The notes under the pieces were generated by a model that saw nothing but the letters and a program-made list of their open reading frames with translations, was not told where the DNA came from and searched no databases. Positions 19,349-20,000 of a stretch of DNA of 20,000 nucleotides are shown here, in pieces. Within the stretch, counting starts at the first letter, position 1. Each line of letters opens with the position of its first letter. The position numbers were made by a program, and so were the translations under genes. This stretch comes from Plasmodiophora brassicae (Eukaryota), in contig CP145416.1 in NCBI GenBank assembly GCA_036867785.1, forward strand, positions 1,351,254-1,371,253, read 5' to 3'.

Positions 19349-19645
19349 CTACATCTGTAAAGGCAAAGGCCGAACTCTAACGCTTACCCGTGCAGCAACC
19401 AACGGATACACGCTGCGCAAGACAGTGTAGGCAGATCAACCACGTACAGTGAGGGTGATCAACGTCTACGAACCTCTGGGGGCTCGCCGAGCCCTCTGAC
19501 TCGCCCCGGATGTCGCCACCCTGTGAGATCCCATAACAAAGGTGATAGGCCGGCACTGCCAGGCCGGGATAAGCTGCGTTCTGCAAGCTGATCCTACGAT
19601 CATCAGGCCCGAGACCGAGGCGCCTGCGTGAAAAGCGCGAACCGC

Positions 19646-20000
19646 TTAGGGTTTTAGGGTTTTAGGGTTTTAGGGGCTTAGGGTTTTAGGGTTTTAGGGT
19701 TTAGGGTTTTAGGGTTTTTTAGGGGGTTTTTTAGGGTTTAGGGTTTTAGGGTTTTAGGGTTTTAGGGTTTTAGGGTTTTAGGGTTTTAGGGTTTTAGGGT
19801 TTTAGGGTTTTAGGGTTTTAGGGTTTTAGGGTTTTAGGGTTTTAGGGTTTTAGGGTTTTAGGGTTTTAGGGTTTTAGGGTTTTAGGGTTTTAGGGTTTTA
19901 GGGTTTTAGGGTTTTAGGGTTTTAGGGTTTTAGGGTTTTAGGGTTTTAGGGTTTTAGGGTTTTTAGGGTTAGGGTTTTAGGGTTTTAGGGCTTTAGGGTT
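19646..20000 (+). repeat. Telomeric array (TTTTAGGG)n
   Basis: Tandem TTTTAGGG to the end of the window with the G-rich strand running 5'->3' outward. Variant units (T2-T6, G3-G5, CTTAGGG) occur at the proximal and distal edges. Confidence 0.98.

Noticed and set aside
19349-19645. Upstream helicase motif V (an SQGG in ORF 19377-19586)
   Set aside because: It lacks the surrounding A.T..KSQGQ context and is too far from motif VI, so it is not convincing.
19646-20000. Chlamydomonas as the source (same TTTTAGGG repeat)
   Set aside because: The 54-70 nt introns and compact genes fit a phytomyxid better. Taxonomy remains an inference.

Overview
Eukaryotic, GC-rich chromosome end. The window runs from ordinary genes into a rearranged subtelomere and ends in a (TTTTAGGG)n telomere (19646-20000). 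The 8-mer telomere plus very short GT-AG introns (54-70 nt) suggests a phytomyxid such as Plasmodiophora brassicae (inference). In order it contains: the 3' part of a spliced Dbr1-like gene lacking two metal-ligand histidines; an intronless secreted alpha-carbonic anhydrase; a complex fold-back of interlocked inverted repeats (~5.0-5.75 kb); and a Crinkler-like restriction-endonuclease-fold + kinase ORF. Next is the most notable element: a 4246-bp unit bounded by 28-bp TIRs and a TA duplication (9973-14218). It holds both a DD39D-type mariner transposase (one nonsense codon) and a divergent, intact Crypton-like tyrosine recombinase, so it is either a Tec-like composite transposon or a nested insertion. 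The distal part has at least four diverged copies of an unknown repeat with a conserved 54-57 nt intron, and a Helitron helicase 3' remnant next to the telomere that the ORF track missed.
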